The notes under the pieces: model-generated
Databases searched by the model: none
Seen by the model: the letters and a program-made list of their open reading frames with translations, nothing else
Told to the model about the DNA's origin: nothing
Program-made: the position numbers and the translations under genes
Source: Octopus bimaculoides
Taxonomy: Eukaryota
Length of the DNA stretch: 39,867 nt
NCBI RefSeq assembly: GCF_001194135.2
Contig: NC_068995.1
Coordinates: 11,659,469-11,699,335, forward strand
Reading direction: 5' to 3'
Shown here: in pieces, positions 34,993-39,867 of the stretch
Position numbering within the stretch: the first letter of the stretch is position 1
Layout: each line of letters opens with the position of its first letter

Positions 34993-35261
34993 ATGCAAAT
35001 GCCCAGCCGGAATTAAAAATATTCTTTCGCAATAAACAGGAGAAAATCAAACATCACACAAGAGAACAAAGCTGTCAGTTAAGAAAATCTAACAGAAAGA
35101 TTACACGTGATCATAGCACAATCAATAAACTTCGATTAGCAGAAAGAACTTCCAAAGCTTTGACTAAAGAAAGATCTATAACAAATAGTAACCGAATGGA
35201 ACCGAGTGCGCCTGTAATATTTTTCTTCCTACTGAAATAAACCTAAACATTTAGCTTTTAA

Positions 35262-35638
35262 CGCTTATTTGATTCAATCATGAGAGCCAATGCTGGAGCA
35301 GGGCCTTCTCACACATCGCCTTCAGTAATGAGTTATATATTTTGTTAATTTTGATAATTATTCTTTTGCTTTCTTTTGCCGAACTACTAGCATATGAGGA
35401 CGTAAACAAACCGACAACGCTTCACAACAGGCGAGAGAAGGGCAACAAAGGAAGACGTAAAGACTCACACAAACACACACATGCACACACACAAACACAC
35501 ATTTTATGACGGAGTTCTTTCAGTTTCCGTCTACCAAATCCAGTCACAAGACACAAACCTAAGGTGCCACGCAGTGGGACTGAAACCGGATGTATATAGT
35601 TGCGATTCAAACTTCTTAACACTGAGCTACATCTGCGC

Positions 35639-35640
<2 letters not shown>
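35262..35640 (-). mobile_element. SINE family A, old near-full-length copy with internal (CA)n and a deletion in the head
   Basis: In plus-strand order: TGCTGGAGCAGGGCCTT, TCTTTTGCCGAAC, (CA)n at 35465-35500, TCTTTCAGTTTCCGTCTACCAAATCC and AAGGTGCCACGCAGTGGGACTGAAACCGG. All are reverse complements of family A segments. Confidence 0.8.
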
Positions 35641-35724
<84 letters not shown>

Positions 35725-35989
35725 GTCAGGCTTAGGTAAACAAATATAGGACATTCGAGATGGGTACAATAGTTTGGTCTAATTTTAGTCAAGGTCATTC
35801 TTATGATGCTGTCTATAATGATATTGATATGGTAGCGACATCAATTAGATACCTAAATCTGCATTTCTAGGACACTGTGGCTGGACAGGATATTGAGTTA
35901 CACGTTCAGTCAGTCAGAGAGGTTTTTCGACACATTTTCTTTCCATCTCCACAATTTTTCTCTTGAGACTTGGGTGAACTCAAATCCAT

Positions 35990-36070
35990 TATAAAGAGCG
36001 CTTGCTCAAGACAAAACGCAATGGAATCAACACCAAGACCTTATAAATGCAATGTATTCCAACCTATATG
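35990..36070 (-). mobile_element. Possible diverged SINE family B-like head
   Basis: CTTGCTCAAGACAAAACGCAATGGAATCAACACCAAGACCTTA loosely resembles the reverse complement of 26930-26990. Confidence 0.35.
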
Positions 36071-36344
36071 AAAGTCTCGATTCATAATATTCTTAATTTC
36101 TGTACCTCGGTTTGTATCATGCTGGTGATTTTAATACCTACGCAATACGAATGCATTACAAATATTCTGTATATTTTATGCTCCTTCTTCCTAATTCCTT
36201 AATATCAAATTCAAACTTGTAATCCTACCGAATTTATGAAGAAATAATTATCTCCCTTGCACTGGTAGTGAATCCCACGTGTTTGTAAAGCTATATACAT
36301 TTATGAAAATATGTCAATACTGAAAATTTAATACAAGTCAAATG

Positions 36345-36551
36345 CTAGTTTTGAATTGTTGGTACAAAGCCAGCAATTTTAGGTGGATTAAATCGATTAC
36401 ATCAACCCCCAGTACTCAACAGGTACTTATTTTATCGACCCCGAAAGGAGGAAAGGCAAAGGCAATCTCAGTAGAATCTGAACTTTCGTCCATCATAAAG
36501 ATGGACGAAACTCGCTAAGCAAAATACACGGCGTGCTAACGATTCTGCCAC
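36345..36551 (-). mobile_element. SINE family D, near full-length copy
   Basis: GGTACTTATTTTATCGACCCCGAAAGGAGGAAAGGCAAAG...CGGCGTGCTAACGATTCTGCCA is the reverse complement of the 38752-38920 unit. Confidence 0.85.
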
Positions 36552-36565
36552 TTTACCACTTTCAT

Positions 36566-36635
<70 letters not shown>

Positions 36636-36949
36636 TTATACATATATAACAGTTCGCATTACTAAAGATATTGTGGAGTTGAAACAAATTTCTTTCAGAA
36701 GCTTTTAGTTATCTGGTTTGAAAGAAATCACGTGGTCAAACTGCGATTTAGTAAGAGTCGAACACCGAATCTTCTTAGTTACACCTCTATGCATACACAC
36801 AATGCATTAAAAAAAAAAAAAGACGAAACGAAAACGCTAACCATTTTTTCCAGGCAATAAACGATGCGCACACGTAAAGAATTACAAAATATAATCTTAA
36901 AAGATACACCACTAACAACATTAATACAAACTCAGTAGCAGAACATAAG

Positions 36950-38100
36950 GAATGAGAATAGACAGCCTAATAAGCACGCACAATGGATTATAAAAGTGAT
37001 GGATAATAAAGATACAAATATAATTATCCTAAAGTGTGATCCAGCGTATCTTACAAGGAATTTACTAACACAATTAAGACAGCTTGCTTGCAACAAGAGA
37101 GCTTGCAGCAAGTGATAAGGTGACCAACTTCTGGTTGAAACACTTAGCTATTTTCATTTGAAACTACAGCAAGTGTATTCGATGAATTACTAAAGAGACT
37201 AGAATCCATTCGCGATTGATTACTAGAGAGGAAAACAATATTAATTCTCGAAAACAAAAATGCCAAGGGGTCCTTGACGTTTATACTGTCGAACAGGTTG
37301 GTTGATCATCTGGAAAATAATGAAATCTTAGCAGAAGAACAGAAGGGCTGTCAGAATGGGATCAATGAATATAAAGAATAGTTATTGGTAAAGTGAGCAG
37401 TTATTGAAGACTGCAATAACAGAAATAAAAATACAAGCATGACACGGATGATTACTGTAAAACCTTTGACAGCAACCGATAATCCTTGATATTGGAGATA
37501 TAGCACATACACAGAGCAGTCCCAATATTAAGACAGGTGTATGAGCCACGTTATGCCAAAATTATAAACTTCAATAGAGCAATATAATAAATAGGAGATG
37601 GTAAAAACACAACCTTGTATTTATAACTAGAGATAGATTTCTTATTCCTGCTACGCCTCTGTATACATCTGACACTTTTAACATATGTTCTCAACTACCA
37701 GTGATTAATAAATATATGATACAAAAAACGGAAAAGCAGACCAGGAATCATCTCTTCCATAAGGATGATGTAAAGCTATATATATATATATATATATAAG
37801 AGACAACACCCTGAAGGGGGAGCTAACGATATAAATGTACATCAATTCAAAAGGAATTCAATGAAATCAGTATGGGGTTATTAAAATCTGCAAAAGCTGC
37901 TCTAACGTTAAAAATATTAAGTTAGATTTGAGATATTGATATCAGAGATTCATAACAGAAACCACCCATATATAAATATTTAGGCGTATATGAAATTCAA
38001 AAGATATAACAAAGAGATACGTTGAATAGATTTTGAAAATAGTACAACAAAAGAACGAAACTAAAATTGGAAAACTAAGCACAATGCTAAAAATAGTAAT
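36950..38100 (+). mobile_element. RLE-type (R4/Dong-like) LINE reverse-transcriptase remnant
   Basis: DKVTNFWLKHL, LSNRLVDHLENNEILAEEQKGC (EEQKGC at 37334-37351), AVIEDC..RNKN.SM..(I)DYCKTFDS, NHLFHKDDVKLY (DD at 37764-69) and YKYLGV (37971-88). It has many stops and frameshifts, and a (TA)n expansion at 37778-37798. Confidence 0.85.
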
Positions 38101-38659
38101 ATTTTTCAAAAAGTTGTTTCGTTACAATATATTTGGGAGTAAGTTAATTAAACAGCTACGAAAGTATCAACGTATCTACATCATTTTGAACCTCTCATCT
38201 TTATGGTGATATAAATTGGATGTATCTGTGTAGTTTCTTTGTGCTTGCGAATATGCATACATACGAACATAGACATACATATATACATACATAGTGATAT
38301 TTTTCTTGGGAACACACTCTTTGTGGTAAGGTGATTTGGCGTCTATCTTTAGCATATTAGGAATCCACTTTAGTGGTCATTGTTCTTATTTATTGCATAC
38401 ATATATGTATGTATGCATGCATGTATGTATGTATGTATGTATTCATATGTGTGTGTATATACATATATGTTTCATCTGTGTCTATGTATGTACGCCAGCG
38501 CACACACATAAATTTAGGTGTATATATATTTATAGTTTGTGTTCAATACATGACCGTGTAGCTAAGAATATCCCTTTGTAATCACGTGGTCTCGGTTTCA
38601 GTCACGTGGCTATCTTTTTCATTGACAAATGGAAATTCCTTTGAGCACCGAAGAGAAGT

Positions 38660-39125
38660 GAGATGGTTGAATGGTTAGAGCACATAAAAAATTATTACGC
38701 AATATTTCCTCAGGTCCTGAATTCCTATATTGTCGCGGTGCATTTTGTCTGAGGTGGCGAGCTAGTAGAAACGTTAGCACGCCGGGCGAAACTCTTACTA
38801 TTATTTCGTCTGCTGCTACGTTTTGAGTTCAAATTCCGCCAAGGTTGACTTTGCCTTTCAGCCTTTCGGGGTCGATAAATTAAGTACCAGTTATGAACTG
38901 GTGTCGATGTAATCGACTTAATCCCTTTGTCAGTCCTTGTTTGTCCCCTCTATGTTTAGCCCCTTGTGGGCAATAAAGAAATAAGAAACGTTAACATGCC
39001 AGGCAAAAGTTTTAGTGACATTTCCTCCATTTCTACGTTGTGATTTCATATTTCTGCCGAAGTCAATTTTGTCATTCACTCTTTCTAGGTCGATAAAATA
39101 TGTACAAGTTGAGCAATGGTTGATA
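38660..39125 (+). mobile_element. Tandem SINE family D units (degraded partial, full, 5'-truncated)
   Basis: The full unit 38752-38985 has a GGCGAGCTAGTAGAAACG head, B box GAGTTCAAATTCC and CCTTTCGGGGTCGATAAATTAAGTACC. The next unit restarts at AGAAACGTTAAC (38986). A weaker copy lies at 38660-38750. Confidence 0.85.
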
Positions 39126-39204
39126 GATAGATGGATAGATAGATAGAGAAATAGATAAAGAAATAGATAGATAGAAGGATAGATAGATAGATAGATAGAT
39201 AGAT
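39121..39204. repeat. (GATA)n microsatellite
   Basis: Direct reading of the sequence. Confidence 0.95.
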
Positions 39205-39224
39205 CTTAGTGTGTGTGTATTTGT

Positions 39225-39430
39225 CTATGTGTGTGCTCCACAACCGCTTGCCAACCGGTATTTGTGCGTATCCATTCTCCGAACTTACCGGTTCAGAAAA
39301 AGTGACAATGGAATAAGCACCATGCTTTCAAAACATAAGTATTGTATTTGATTCGTTCAACTAAAATTCTTCAAGGCAGTGCTGCTGCATGGCCGTGGTC
39401 TAATAACTAAAACAAGTAAAAAATAAAAGA
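39225..39430 (+). mobile_element. Diverged SINE family A 3' half
   Basis: CAACCGCTTGCCAACCGG...GAATAAGCAC...AAGGCAGTGCTGCTGCATGGCCG...AAAACAAGTAAA aligns with 1100-1298. Confidence 0.75.
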
Positions 39431-39718
39431 GACGCAACATTATATTTCAGCTTTCTAAAGGAATTACTAATATTTTTTTTGAGGGACTGTAGTGTAGGTA
39501 AGATGGCTTGTTTCCTTGTGAGCCATACTTTTGCTTTTAAAGATTCATATAATCTCGATTTCCTCAGTCTGCCCCTAGTTCCTTTTAGTTTAATATTACG
39601 AAGATGTGATCGAGTTCCGGAAACGTTGTTTCAATAGCCTTTTCGGATGACTGAGTTTTCCGAACGAAGAGTGATCAACTTGGTTAACGTATATTAAATT
39701 AAATAAATATTTAATTTA

Positions 39719-39850
39719 CGAAGGGTTACTGAAAATTTCCTGGCTTTGGGTAAAAGAAAAAACAGGAGGATCAGTTAATTATGATTTCATTTAATATATT
39801 CCCGTCTCTGATTAACACGCATATTGTAGCTGTCTTTCAGCTCTTCTAAG
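39719..39850 (+). mobile_element. Mariner-like non-autonomous element (MITE) end, truncated by (GA)n
   Basis: TA (39717-18) followed by CGAAGGGTTACTGAAAATTTCCTGGCT resembles a mariner TIR (compare 10265-10290). No partner TIR lies inside the window. Confidence 0.55.
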
Positions 39851-39867
39851 AGAGAGATAGAGATAGA

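Noticed and set aside
1-39867. CRISPR-like arrays or prokaryotic operon structure
   Set aside because: There are no regularly spaced repeats with unique spacers and no gene-dense organisation. The repeats are eukaryotic SINEs and SSRs.

Overview
This is non-coding, AT-rich, repeat-dominated eukaryotic DNA with 12 assembly gaps totalling 3131 N (about 8%), every gap abutting a microsatellite. It is most likely an Octopus (coleoid cephalopod) intergenic or large-intron region; this is an inference from recognising the SINE sequences and the microsatellite load. I could not support any host protein-coding exon, rRNA or functional tRNA. Almost all ORFs in the track are microsatellite or N-gap artefacts. 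Recognisable content includes at least three tRNA-derived SINE families (labelled A, B, D here), one of which carries an internal microsatellite and one of which forms head-to-tail arrays. There are three decayed IS630-Tc1-mariner transposons plus a mariner-like MITE end, three fragments of an RLE-type (R4/Dong-like) LINE, one L1/Tx1-like LINE fragment and two short RTE-like elements. A ~90 bp dispersed repeat sits inside (TATG)n at two sites. The most interesting signal is a set of minimal type I hammerhead-ribozyme-like motifs with palindromic stem III (best at 17980-18038), resembling those of Penelope-like elements and retrozymes. Several fold-back structures are also present.
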